Source: Paramecium tetraurelia (taxonomy: Eukaryota). Taken from it: a stretch of 56,222 bases of DNA. The notes below the pieces were generated by a model. It was not told the origin of the DNA and searched no databases. It saw only the letters and a list, made by a program, of their open reading frames with translations. Shown piece after piece: positions 25,176-39,499 of this stretch; the first letter of the stretch is position 1; each line of letters begins with the position of its first letter. The stretch is taken from assembly GCA_000165425.1 (NCBI GenBank), contig CT867991.1:248001-304222 (forward strand), written 5' to 3'. The translations under genes were made by a program, and so were the position numbers.

Positions 25176-28100
25176 ATGAAAAAAAATCCACCAAAAACTG
25201 TAGAATATAATGAACATAAATAAATAGTCAGGGACTAATTGATTTAGAGAATAGAGGACAATAATAAATCATCAAAATCTCCATAGGAAATCATCATCAA
25301 AATATTGAAGGAGTGGGACTTAGAAAAACTTAAAAAAATAATTAAGAAACTTGGAGTATGGCCTTGTACAATAGATTGTAAACTTTATTTATGATGTTAG
25401 AGCAATTTATTGAAGATCTTCTCTAATAACCTGAAATATCATTTGAAATTATAGTTTATATGATGCTGATATCTAATGGGTATTTCTGTCCACTCTCTCC
25501 TTTAACCACTTCTAATTAGATTACTGCTTTTCAATGTGGTTTGCTACAAACCTATTTTTGTTGTGTAACTCCAGAAAGCTATCATATCTACTTCGAAATT
25601 GGACTGGAGAAGAAGCCTATAATTTAAAAAAACGAAGTAACTGTTACTGTATATATTTTAGTTTTTGGGTTTTCGAACAATTCATAGAATACATTTTATA
25701 GCGTTAAGATTTGATAGAAGAATTGAGAATGTACTAACAAGACTCTCCAATTATCATTCAAATTAGAAGTTTAACCCTTACAGGTAGAATTTTGGATAAT
25801 TAAATTTCGATTCTAGTAATTCATAATTAAAATATAGCGACTTCAATTTAAGGAAAATAAAAATACTTTTGTTTGGAAAAATCATTGTTTTATTGGAATG
25901 AGGTGGAAGAGTGGGGAGAATGTCAATTCAAGATTGGATTAAAAGATCAGTAATGTATGAGATGGATACCCACAGGAGTTTAGACTAAATAATTAGATGA
26001 ATAGTAATTAAAATAATACTATTACGATTAAAACCTGGATTAATGGGTGCGAAAAGAAGACATCGAGTTTTTTTAGAAGTTTAAATAGAACAGAGATTTA
26101 TCAAAACAAAATAAACACATTTTACATTAATATGCAGACTTTGAATCAGGAGCGTTGATAATTGATATTATGTAAAAACTGCCTGATTTCAAAATTCTGA
26201 TCACTTAATAGGAAAGGAAGGTTATAGCATCAAAATAAAATTCTTTGATTATTGGTAGAAGTGGAACAGGGAAAACAACTTGTACTGTCCTTAGATTATT
26301 TGCAGTTTAGACTCTTTTCAAAATTAGATAAAAATTATTTAATTAAGAAAATGAAAAGCTACTGTTCAATTATTAAGATGTTCCAAATAAAGTAGGATTA
26401 CATTGTGTATTTACAACGTAGAACCATGTATTAATAGGTGAAGTCAGAAAGTATTATAGAAAATTGTTGTAACACATACAAGATTCTATAAGGAGGAATT
26501 AAGAGAAATAACAAAATCAAAAATAAAATATTCCATTAAGTTTAGATTAAAGTTTGTAAGATTTGTTATTGACTTAGTATATCTCAATCATTTTAGATCT
26601 GTGAGGAAATTAATGAAAGTTCTATAAGTATGATACTCTAAGAAGAAACATTCTTATGCGATGAAAATGACATTGAGGATGGAGATATGGATGAGGATGA
26701 TTAATTAGAGGATGTTGATTAACTTGGTTCATTGTAGTAGATGTCTGATGATAAATTTCCTGCTTTTTTGAGTCTTAAGAAATTGATTTTGTTAATTGAT
26801 TCATCATTGAATAAACCATTTTTTGAATTAGACAGATTCAAAAAGAATGGGGTAAAATTATAAAAAGCAGGATGGAACACTGGAAAAACAATCAAAATAA
26901 CTTAAAAACTAAAAACAAATAAGAATATTAATGTTATTGAAATAGATGAAAATGCTAAATTTGAAGAATAAGAGTTTACAATGTTAAATTAACAAGAAGT
27001 CAAAGAAGAAATAGATGAAACCAAACTACTTCTAAAAAAACAAGAAGAAAAAGCCTAATAAAGTTAAAAATAACATTAAAATCAATAAGAATCAAATATT
27101 CAAGTTACAGAAGTTGATTATGAGTATTTCTTAAAGAGATTTTGGCCAACAATTAAGAAACCAAATTAGAAATATGGATGTGATGAAAGATCATTCCCAA
27201 CATTAATATGGACTTAAGTTTATTCTTACATCAAAGGATCTTAATTCTCTTATTCTTACCCAATGAAATATTTACCTAAAGCTATCTATGCCGAATTTAA
27301 TCCGTCAAATCTATCCTAAGATATCATAAATCTCATCTATGACTACTTTTTGGAATATGAAAAATGGAAACTCTCTTGTGGAGTATTTGATCTAATGGAC
27401 TTAGTCAATTACACCATATGTGAATTAGACAAGGGAGAATTTAAAACAGTCCCCATCCATTACTTATTCGTAGACGAAGTTTAAGATTTACCACATGCAG
27501 TAATAACTCTATTTACTAGACTAATTGAATAAGGTTATTATTTCTGTGGAGATACTGCATAGAATATAGTCAAAGGAGTTGGTTTTAGATTCTAAGATCT
27601 TAAAAATATGTTTAAACACATAGACAACCCTTTACTTACAGACTTAGAATAATTTTAATTGACCATTAATTTTAGATCCCATAATAGCATTCTGTAATTG
27701 GCAAACAGCATTGTGAATCTTATTGAATTATTTTTCCCTAAAGCAATTGATAGACTGAATAAAGAGATCTCAGATTTAAAGGGACCTATGCCTATGATTA
27801 TTTAAAGTAACAATATTGATGACCTATTCAATTTCTTGACTGGAGATGTTAATCCTAACTTAGAAAAACAAGCTGTTCCAATTGAATTTGGTTGTAATTA
27901 AGTTGTCCTGGTCAAAGATTCAGATGCTAGAGATAATATCCCCTCTGTTTTAGCTCATGCATTAATCTTAACAATCTATGAATCAAAGGGTCTAGAATTT
28001 GAAGATGTTATCTTATATAATTTCTTTACTGACAATACAATTTTGTAGTCTTAATGGGATCTATTTAATTAATTATTTATTGATGAAGTTGAGGTTGATA

Positions 28101-31100
28101 GAGATGAATATAATTATAAATTGACAAGTAAGTATTCATTTGTAATTTAGGACATGATTAATAAAACACTAGTTCTGAAGAACTATAAGATAATAATGCA
28201 TCCTTCAGCACATAAAATGAATAAGGAAATATTTTAGTCAAAAAATTAAGATTGAAGCCCAGCATCAAATCATTAGATCTGAATAATTATAATGCCTTAT
28301 GCAATGAGTTGAAATATTTATATGTGGCTGCAACTAGAGCCAAAAATAGATTAATTATATTTGATGATTAACCAGAAAAGAGAAATTAAATTTAGAATCT
28401 ATGGCAATCTTTGAATTTAATCTAAATATTAGATGAATCCTATTTCTAAAATGCCAAAGAAATGAATAAAATTGTGACTCAAAATACAAAAGAAGAATGG
28501 TATGCAACTGGAATGAAAATGTTTGCCAATAAATATTATGATCAAGCAATCAAATGCTTTGAAATGTCTGGTCACTAATAACTGTTTACTAAATCTTAGG
28601 CATATGCTTTTGCATTTAGAGCAGAAAAATAATTATTGTAAAGTGAGAACTTTTTTGAACTTAGTGAAGACACTCATTTACCTTAAAATTTAAGGAGGAA
28701 ATATAAGGAAAAATATGAAAAATCTAAGCATGAAATGTTTAATAACTTCAATAAAGCTGGTGAAAAATTCATAGAATGCAAAAATAAAAAGAATGCAGCA
28801 GCCTGTTTCTTTTCAGGTTAATAATATCAACTTTCATTAATATACTATCTTTAAACTAAATGTTGGGAGGAAGCAGCAGAGGTAGCACTTAAATTAAAAC
28901 TCTATCCTGTAGCTGGGCTATTATGGTTAAGGGCTTACAAAATTGATCAAAGCATAGAGGCATTTAATTAGTTCAAAAATAATCTAATTACCTTGCATTT
29001 ACTTAGTGAATTCAAATATGAATTAGGGGATGATCTGAAGAATCTTTGGGAAATTCTATTACCCTAAGTGCTACAAGAGTGTTGGTTACAATATAGCAAG
29101 ACTAAAGATGCAATTTATATTGAAAGAAATAATTATGCTGGCAAAAAATTAGATTTTTCAATTCTAACAGAGCATACTGATTTTCAAACTGATTTCGCTT
29201 CAGAATTACTTATTATTGAAGCATCAGCTTAAAATGTGTATACTTAAGAGGAAATGTACAAGACGCTTTACAATTACATCTACAACTTTCTAGATGAAAT
29301 ACTTGTAGTTCTTTCAAAAGTGTTTATTAACTATCCATTGCAAGTAATGAAAGTATGTATGTTGTCTAAATCAGATGAATTTTTATAAAATCAAACTGCA
29401 TTCATTCAAAATGTTTTAGAATATTTTGATATTCAGGATTTGCAACTCTTTATGCTTGAAAGAACAAATTGTAAGGATAGAGATAATTATTTTATATCCT
29501 GTCTTTATTATATCTCGCCCTTATATTAACCATGCTTCTCATTAAATTTCATTTTCTAAAATTACGGGAGATTCGGTAAAGCGGATTTAAAAAAAATAGA
29601 GAACACTTATAATTAAACTCTTTAGAAATCGGAATAGAAGTTAATTACCTTTAAATTTTCTACTTCTAGTAAATTACTCATGAGCTATTCTTTATGCTAA
29701 TTAGGATTATATGAAGTCGTTATTCACTTGTTTTAGAAACATATTATTTCATTATAATAGGGTGAATAAAAATAAATGACCCAAACCAAAATAAAAGTTT
29801 ATACGTCAAACTTGAGGTCTACATCACAACTTTTTTAGTAACATAAATCATTGTTATTAACCTACACAAATGATGATAGACTTTAGAGCCATGAGACATT
29901 CATTAAAGGAAGACAATTTATTTAAGGCTATGCCTGGGATTTTATTATTCTAACGATTAGGATCTTAAGAAGCTTAGAAAGTTGTAAAATGACTACATGG
30001 TTCAATATATTGATCAATTAGAATAAGCTAAAAGCATGAAATCAAATTTAGATGGTTATCTTAAATTTTTATTAAGTCACAATAATTTTTAAATACATAA
30101 ATGTATAATTTTATCATTTGTATCTGATTAAGATGAAAAAGTTTTGTAATCACTATATGACTTGCATTATTGCGACTCTTAAGTGTTCTTAATTGAACTT
30201 TAAAAAGTAGTCGATCTATTCAAATACAATAGATACACACATTTATATAATGACACATTTCAGAGTATTTGTGCTATTTACTAATTATCTGTACCAACAT
30301 CAGAGGAATTCTAATTCTTAGGATAATCATACATCATTGTTCATAAATCCTCATTGATTTTTTCAACTTTAGCCAATAATTATAAATAATAATAATTTTA
30401 GGCATTTTAATTTGATGTCAAAGGCGAATTGTTTTTATTTTCATCCTATTTTGTTGTAAAAACAATACAACGAATTTTTAAAGATTTCCTAAAGACTTAT
30501 GTACATAAGTATTGTATGAAGAAAACAGTATCTAACAATAATGTCCCATTTCTAATTTAAATTTATTCCTTCTGTGCTATTAAAAATTATAATGCAGAAC
30601 ATAAAATATCTAATAAATACTTAGAATAAACTTAGCCAGATTAAAACTTATTAAACTGTTTAGAATATCAATTGTCAGATTAAATATTCAATATCTGGTA
30701 TCAAATACCTAAAATTGAAAATCCTTTGAATAGAAAAATGTATGAAAGGCTAACAAATAAGTCATTCGCTAAGGTCTTAACTGATCAAACAAAGGAAGAA
30801 TTACACATTCATATATTGACTGGTATCCATGCCTTAAATATTGCTTATTATTATGATATTTCATTAGAGTTTATTTAGAATCTTATTTATGTCCGTAGAC
30901 AGTTAGAATAGAGAGAGAAAATTAAAAACAATGTAATCGTCAATTTAAACCCATTTCTAACTTAATTTTAACTTAAAGGTTATTAAAGTTATATTTACTA
31001 TTTGTTACATAGTTAAATTTGCATGTCCATGAAAAATATAGCTTTATACATAGAATACCATACTTTGTTGTCCTCCATAAGTTTTTCAGAATAAATTTAT

Positions 31101-32289
31101 AGAGATCTTACTTTCTGTACTTTAATTTACATAATATGCAAAAGATCTCATTAGGAATTTATCCGAAAACTTTAAGAATTGGAGAATGATGCAAACTAGG
31201 CGAAAGAATTTGAAGGATCTCTATAAATGGAATAGTAAATAATTGATGAAATCATAGAGTTAAGAACCTTTCGAGATTTTAAGTAATAAACAATGAAGTT
31301 AATATTACCAAAGAAGTCTATCACCTTCTTATAAACCCTAAAGTTCTAAAAAGTTTAGATAGATGAAGAATTTGATGATTCCCCTGTTCAAAAGTTCTTA
31401 TAGATATTAATTGAATTATCTAAAAGTGGAGATGAGCAACCATTATTTTTGTTGGCTGCAATTTTAATCAATGTGGAGAAAGTCAACATAGAGGTTTAGA
31501 TGGCATTGGAAGCTGAATTAATAGAATAAATTCCTTAAAAACGCAGAAGAATAATTGAAGATTTATTGGCAGTAGCTAATGAAGAGTTTGAAAATAGACA
31601 AGATTTAATGTTAAAGCTGATTAAGAAAGGATAAAGTGTATTCTCAAAGTTAACTGAGATAGTACTCCCATATAACAATATTTCAATGAAAACTTTTAAA
31701 AATTTTTAAGATGATGCACTTAAAGATAAATCATCAACAGAATAAATCAATAAAAACATTAATTTTCAATTAGAATAGTAAGAGAAGAAAAAGTTTAAAA
31801 GCTTGTATGTTGGGATGAGGTTCACTACTTATTAACCTCTATTAAACGAGAAGATAGGATTTAATGATTCGTTACTCAAAATAGGAGGATCTTCAGAAAT
31901 TTATGATTAAGTCAATATATTAAGAAGGTATTTAATTATGTAATTGTAGTAAATTAATTGAAATTTTGTACACAAAGTAATTATAAAAACCTGTGCATTT
32001 TAATTCAATTAGGGAAGAGTTGAAAAGACTTGCTTAACTAGAAAGGGAGTTAGATGATGAATTCGTTGAAAACTCCTAATCTAGATATGGAAGAATTCAA
32101 AAAAGATAATTTTAAGAGGAACTTGAAGAATTCGATGAACAAATAGAGAAATGGATTCAAGAAAACAGTTAGTTGTCTAATAAATTCCAAAATATTGAAA
32201 CTCAAATAAACAAAAATGTTCAGAAATAAACCATTGCAATGTGTTTAATTTAAAAGAAAACCAATTAGATAAACAATAAAAGATGGTGA
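25176..32289 (+). CDS. TRANK1/LBA1-like UvrD (SF1) helicase with TPR-like repeats (~2,300 aa); start may lie further upstream (~24966-25043)
   Basis: Walker A LIIGRSGTGKTTC (~26245), Walker B FVDEVQD, FCGDTAQNIVKGVGFRFQDL, LTINFRSH, IEFGCNQVVLV, LTIYESKGLEFEDVILYNFF, LCNELKYLYVAATRAKNRL. These are followed by EEWYATGMKMFANKYYDQAIKCF (TPR-like); the motif set is characteristic of TRANK1-type helicases. Confidence 0.9.
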
Positions 32290-32370
32290 ATTAAATTATA
32301 ATAGATTATTAATAATATTATTATATTTATAATCTAAAGATTAAAGTTAACCAATATCTATTATAGTATA

Positions 32371-35300
32371 TCATTGATGATGTTTATTTTTCTTAACTGT
32401 TGGACATTTTTCTGGCTATCCAATTTTAACCATTCTAATATTGGATAATTAGATAAGATATGATCCATCTAATTAAGGGTCAAATGAATAAAGATTGAAC
32501 TCCGCGGTAGTAGGAATGTAATGTTATTTAGTAAATTCTAATCTCATTTCATTCTAAATTTAACTATAGGATTTAGATAATTATATACCTTTTTAGGACT
32601 TAATGTTTAATAACAAAGAGACCTTGTTTGTCACTCTTTGTTTCAATTTAAACATCAACATAAGATAATCCATTCCATTATTTCAGTTTGATATTAACTC
32701 CTTCTAATCCTAACCATTCCAATTTTTAACTGCAGTCAAATTCAGCAAATACTGCACCATAAATTGCAGAAAGTTAGTAATATTTAGTAAGTTATTCTTT
32801 GAATTTTTCTGTCACTTGAGCTTAATTGGTAATCTTAATAACATCATTATTGGGATTAATTTTGAATCGATTATTTGTTAATTAAAATTTGACAGTTTCA
32901 TGTGAAATAATTAAGCAGTCAATATTAGAATTAGCATTCATGAGCATCTTCCATTTGAACTAATATGATCCAGTAGAATCTGTAAATGTTTTTAGATCAA
33001 TAGGTACTTTATTTTCACCAAAAGCATCGCATTATAAACTAATTGGAACATTAGATGGAAATATTCCTCCTTCAGTTGTAATTCTACCATTAATTTCGAA
33101 TGGGACAAAATCATCATAATACTATTTTGGGAACGTCATTTCAGATTTCTCATCATTTGTTTAAAAGGCTTATGTAACTTTGTGATTTTATCCAATAGCA
33201 TCATTATAAGATTCAGTCAATTGATATTTGGTTCCAAATTGCAATTAATCATCTAATACTGACCATTTCCCATCTGCCCCAGTTTTAACTTCAAAATCTT
33301 TGCTAGCAGGATCTGAAGTTAGTTTCACATTCACTCCTGATTGGCCATTGCCCTTTGGTCCAATAATTTCACCTCCAACAGTTAATTTAGTATTAGTGGG
33401 TGCTAATTCATATTTAATCTTCACTGGAGGTAGAGATATTGCTGGACCAGAACATTAAAATTGAATCTTATCTGATTTTACATCTTTGTACTTATCAGCT
33501 TTAACATCCAATACAAAGGACTCGTCTACATTCTTATAACAAGGAATTTATAAACTGAATTTTCCAGCAGAATCAGTTTTTCCTGTTATCTAAGTTTTTT
33601 CATTTCCTTTGACTGTTGGCTATAAGGATTCAACTGTTAAAGTAGATGCAGGAGGGGTCTTCCCTGATGGATCTGTAATTGTTGAAGTTAAAGTGGCTTA
33701 AAGAATGATTCTATCCATGGTTGCATCATGTGATATAGTATACACTTTATCCGCCTTAATCTAGATATTAGAAGATTTATATGGATTAAAGTCAGAATTA
33801 GTTATTTATATAACAGCTGTGTATATCTAATCTTAGACTGCTCCAAAACTTAAAGAATATTTGCCATTTAAATCTGATTTTGTTTATAGATTAGATGCCA
33901 AAGGATCAGCAGGATTGAGTACAATTTCTATTTGAGCGTTCTATACATTTTTTGTTACCCCACTGCTATCTGTCAAAACACCAGAAACAGTTATTTAAAC
34001 AGATTTTGTAGACACTACTATTGGCTTTAACTTAAGTTCCTTATCTCCACAAGTAAATACCTACGGTGATAGAGCTGTTTTAGGATACACATCAGATTCC
34101 ATATCCATCTTTAAAGTGGTTGAAACTGAATTATAGCATTAAAATGGTAATTAGAAATCTCCCTTTGGAGCAGCTGCTTATTTATTGTACAATTAAGCAT
34201 TTGACATTTAGGGATCTGAACTTAAAATTTCAATCTTAGAATTAGGAATTGGCTTTTAATTCATATCTACTAATTGTCCACTAATGGTAATATCAACAAC
34301 AGTTCTAATTAGAGTAATATCCTTTGAAATACTTTACTTATCTTCTTTGCCTAATAATTATAATTTTTCATTAACAACATTAAATGCTGGTTATGCATCA
34401 ATATTGATTGTAGCTTCATAATTTACATTTCTTACAACCTCAAAAATAATTGAATATGTTCCATCATTAATACTTTTACTAATAATAGGTTAATAGGATA
34501 TTGGATCTGATGGTTTTAAGGTTAATGTAATTTTTAGACCAGGTAATTTGTCTTCCACTTTTGAGTTATCCACTAATTTACCTGATACTGTAAATGTAGT
34601 AGTAATAAATTTAGCTTTTATTGAAACACCTTAAACTTAAAACTTTGGAGCTACTAATTCTACTTTTTATGTAGTTTCTTATAGAGAATCTTTAGTTTTA
34701 AGAATACATTCTATTTTATCATCATGTTTTGCCAATATTTGTAAAGGTATATCAAAATTTCCATTGTTATCAGTTGGGAAATCTTGATTGATATCAACAC
34801 CCTTAGCATCTTTAAATTTTGGACAAGTCAAATTGATTTTGACTGGTGAACTCAAAGTCCCCTTTTCTAAGTCAATCTTTCCTTATATTTTGGCATTCAC
34901 AATAGCTTAATAATTTATATCAGAAATTGAAACTTTTTAGTTATCACTTTAGATAGTGAATTTTTATTCTACTTTTTATTATTATTTGTTGATGTCTATA
35001 TAAGCGATTATTGCTTTGTAGTCTGTATTGGGATAGATCTTTGGATCAGTCACAGTCCATGTTCCATCTGTTAAAGTTTTAGTTTCTAGAATTGTACTTT
35101 CAGGATCTGTTGTTATACTCAATGCTAAATTTGGAACTCCATTTCCGATTGGATCAATTACTTTACCTGTGAGAATGGCTTTAATTTATATCTTCTCCAG
35201 GATTAAAGAAATAGGGCTCAATTCAGTTAATGCCTATGAACATTTAAATTTGGAACTCTTTATATTTTACTGTACATATTGAGGTACATCTATTTACAAA

Positions 35301-38300
35301 TCCACAACATAGTCAAAATCTTTGTAACACTCAAAATCCAAAAAGAATGATCCTTTATCATCATCCTTAAATGGTAAGTTATAATATTTGGAATCTTTCA
35401 TAATTGGATCAGACGATGTCATTTTAACAGATGCATTTATAATTGGCTTCTTATCAGAGCCACTTAATGTAGAATGCAATTTTGTCAACATTTTTATCCT
35501 GTCTATTTCAATATTTTCAGTTAAAGTCTCTGACTTCTAACATTTCTCTTCAATTCCTTTCTTTTCATAAGGAGCAAATAGGGGATCCCGTTTTGCTTGA
35601 ATCTCAAATTTTAATGGATATGCTTAAATGGCTTTGAATTTAAATTCATATGATCCATCTTTTCCAGATTTTGTTTACAATATGGATTGAGAAGAACTCT
35701 AAAAATGTCTTTTCTATAAAACGTATGACTCAAGTAAATGCTTACCAGGGCTTTAAATATAAACATCTTGAGGAGAAATAATTAAAGAAATGTCTACGCC
35801 TTCGACTGTAGTAATTGTTTTTGTTTTATCACTGACAACTCCTTTTACTACAATATCAACTGTATTATATGTCACAGGAATATTTGTGTTACTGCTCCAT
35901 GTAGGTGCAGATACTTTAACATCTACTTTTATAGGTTACATAGGTGAAGCAGTATTAGTATTACCTGTTCCTGTACTTGATCCACCTGTTCCTGTATTTC
36001 CACTTCCAGTTCCTGTACTTGATCCACTACTATTACTACTACCTTCACTGCCAGTTCTACCATTTGTAACTACACAGGATAATGGTTTATCTGCTCCTAC
36101 TAATACTTCTACATCTACTGAATATGATCCATCCTCCTTTGTTGTAGTTTCTATAATAATTGGTTTTCCATCCTTTCCCTTTCCATCACAAGTAATTACT
36201 AAAGGTAGTGGTATAGTTGCCTTGCCATCCACAGGTGCTATTTTACCAGCAATTTTAGCCTTAACATATCTTTAAAATCCAATAACTGGAAAGTTGAAGG
36301 TTTACTCTTTATCCATCGTAGGAGTAAAGGTCTATACTACTTCTACTGATTATTTGACATCATTAGTATATTCAATAGTAAATTTATATTATGTTGTAGG
36401 TATGACTGTTAATTTTTCAACCTACCAATTACCGTTTGCATCAGTAACCAAATTACTATTAGGAACATCTAATATTGGATCTGACTTAAATTAAAGTGTC
36501 ACTCCTTTCAATGGTTTTTAATCCACATCTATCACTTATCCTTTGATTAAGAGAGTAGCTGTCTATTTTGATAAAGTCATTGAATATTTCACTAAATCTT
36601 AATCTTTACATTCTAAATCTCCTGTTTTATATGTTACAGGCACAAATTAAGGCACTTGAAATTAAAATGTTGCTTAAAACTTGATATCTTCATAACAACT
36701 AAATGGATATTCGAATGAACCACTATAAATAAATTTAATTATCTTACTCCGCATTATCTGTTATCTCCTTATTATATATAGTTTTATCAGGCATTGTTGG
36801 ATTACTCTCTACAATTTTAACAATTGCATTTTAAATAGGTTTACCACTTGGATCAACAAGCTTATCCTTTATTTTTATATTTTTTATAGTTCTGTCCAAC
36901 ACTACATCAAAAGTTATTTGCAGAGGTTGCTTAGAAGAAACATTAATTGATCTTGGAGCAGCTAATTTATTCATAAATCCTTTAGCAGTTACAGTTGCTT
37001 TTAATTACAAATCCTTATTTGCAGGAACATAGATCTCAGCATTAAATTTGCCGTAAGCATCTGTGATAGCTGTCACTGGTTGGATGCTATCCAAAATTGT
37101 AAATACAATTGTAGCTCCTTGTACAAACTACACTAATTTTGAAGAATCAGTAATGATTCCAGAAATCTAATTATTAATAAACTAAAAATACTTATAAATC
37201 CCCTGAGGCCTCTTATAATTTTATTAACCCCAAATCATGAGTGAAAGATTCCTTTCTAACATTTAAATCAAACTCTTCATCAAACTCCTAACTCTATCCA
37301 ATGTATTCATCTTTAGTAATTTGTTCCTTGACATGAATCTTAGCAGTAGCTTTTAATGGCAAAATGAGGTTGATTTTTCCATCTGTTCCACTGACTGCAT
37401 TCAGCGATTCGAGTTCTTAATTTGATCCCAAGTTAATTCCTCCTATTTATAATTTAGCTCCGGATAATGGCTTAGATGCTTAATCTTGAACTAATGCTGT
37501 TAAGACAAATTTGAATTAACCAGGATCCAAATTTATAGTTATTTGTAGTTCATACTTTTTTTCACTAGATTGATTATATCTATAATATTTACGGCCATAA
37601 TGAATATTCCTACGCATTTCGATTCAATTATTAAGCATTCCAATATTCATTTTTTGAGGCAGTATAAAGAATAACAAATGCGGGTTTTTGAGATGGCAAT
37701 AAAAATCTTACATTTTATTGACCTTTGTCATCCGTTGTGGCTTTGAAAATTAGTTCTTTTGCTTTTTTATCTTCTGAGTAGATGGCCGTAAAGATTACAG
37801 TCACCCCAGGAAGAGGCTTTGAGTTTGATTATGTTTTTAACTAAAATTAGAATTCATATTTACTATTATTAATCCTCTTTAAAATACATCTTGAACTTAA
37901 ACATCCGATTATGTGAATTATAATTTGCCATTAAAAACAATTGTACCTTATGAATCTCCAACCCCATCTATTTTACTTGATGTTGAAATGTCGTTAAAAG
38001 TAGTTGTTGCAATTGCTGTAATTTGGTAAGATTATTGCTTTTGGATTTTCCCAGTAAATGCCACCATACCTATTCCATCAGTCATTTGATCCTTGTCTCC
38101 TAAAATCATATTAGAATTCCTGAATTGATATATAATTGTACTTAACATTGACAATCACTCCAGATAAAGCATAGCCTGAAAAATCATTTACTTTTATTAT
38201 CACTTAGTAATTTACTTCTTCTAATTCGATTATTTAATTTTCGATATGCTTTGAGAATGTGACCAGAGTGAATATGTATACTAATAATAAAGATTTTAGC

Positions 38301-38302
38301 AT
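32371..38302 (-). CDS. Large secreted protein (~1,900 aa) with ~17 tandem carboxypeptidase-regulatory/transthyretin-like beta-sandwich repeats
   Basis: Signal-peptide-like MLKSLLLVYIFTLVTFS. Recurrent ~95 aa units I.G.(V/I).D..GKP(L/I)....(V/I)...T.TD..G.(F/Y/W); Gly/Ser/Thr linker. Ends CPTVKKNKHHQ* with no TM or GPI tail. Confidence 0.85.
35950..36060 (-). repeat. Coding minisatellite-like Gly/Ser/Thr linker (GSSTGTG x2, GNTGTG)
   Basis: The direct repeat cctgtacttgatccac occurs twice plus degenerate copies; translates GSEGSSNSSGSSTGTGSGNTGTGGSSTGTGNTNT. Confidence 0.8.
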
Positions 38303-38334
38303 ATTTTGAATTTAATAATATAAATTAATTATAA

Positions 38335-39074
38335 ATGTCCACTTCGGCAAACAAATCCAAAGCATTTGCTAAATTCAAAATTGTATTTATTGGCAACCAA
38401 GCCGTTGGTAAGACATCAATCATTGCTCGATTCGTTTATGAACAAATCCCTTAATCACATCAAGTATCCTTCAAATTGTGATAATAGCCTACTATTGGAA
38501 TCGACTTTCTTTCAAAATGCATTTAGGTAGAGAATAAAACAGTAAGATTATAATTATGGGATACTGCAGGATAGGAGCGTTTTAGATCGTTGATTCCATC
38601 TTATATAAGAGATTCCCATGCGGCCGTCCTTTGTTATGATGTTTCAAGTATTATTTAAATACATAGTTTAGATGCTCAGTCATTTGCGGATATCAAATCA
38701 TGGCTTGAGTATGTAAGAGAGGAAAGGGGATCTGATGTAGTTGGTGTACTCATAGCTAATAAAATAGATATTGAAGAGAGGTTTTAGAAATAATTAATTT
38801 AAGAGTTGTCACAACATAAGAAGGTGAAAAGCTTGCAAAAGAACAAGAATTACTATACTATGAAGTCTCAGCTAAGGAGGGAACCAATGTCTAATAAACT
38901 TTTAAGAATCTTGCCTTGAAACTTTTAGGTCCTATCCAAGATGTTGATTAACCAACAACTTTAGGTTAATTAGATTCTAATCAAGTTTCCCAATCCACTA
39001 ATTCATACAACATTTCATTATAACCATAAAACCAGCAAAACAATTAAACAGATTAGTAGAAATGTCAATGTTGA
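38335..39074 (+). CDS. RAB6: Rab6 GTPase
   Basis: [49 protein letters not shown] (Rab6 signature), NKID, EVSAK, and a C-terminal CQC prenylation motif. Three tiny introns. Confidence 0.93.
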
Positions 39075-39499
39075 TAACAAATGAAAAATAACAATAATTT
39101 TCATAAATTATCATTATCTAATTTAAATATTTTTGTCTATGAAATATTTTATATTCTATGTCGTTGTTTCTTTTGGAGAGTTAATATAGATATGTTATAA
39201 CACTAATATATTTATATAATAATGGCATTACTATTCTTAAACATTATTTTTATATTAAATTATAGATATATATTATCAGAAAATTTCTCTTAATAATACT
39301 TATGACATTCTACTATTAATATTAATATATATTTAATATATATTCATGATTATTATTTGTAATGCTCACAATAGGATCGATATACAAAATTACCCTTTTG
39401 TTTAATTGAAAATAGATATTTCAGGAAATGGTTATAAATATCTTAATTATCATATTTCTAAATTTGCAAAAAATTCATATAATTCATTTGCTGTTAGAA

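Noticed and set aside
35790..36494. 161 aa and 66 aa plus-strand ORFs rich in Pro/Val
   Set aside because: Antisense of the Gly/Thr linker and repeat domains of the secreted protein.
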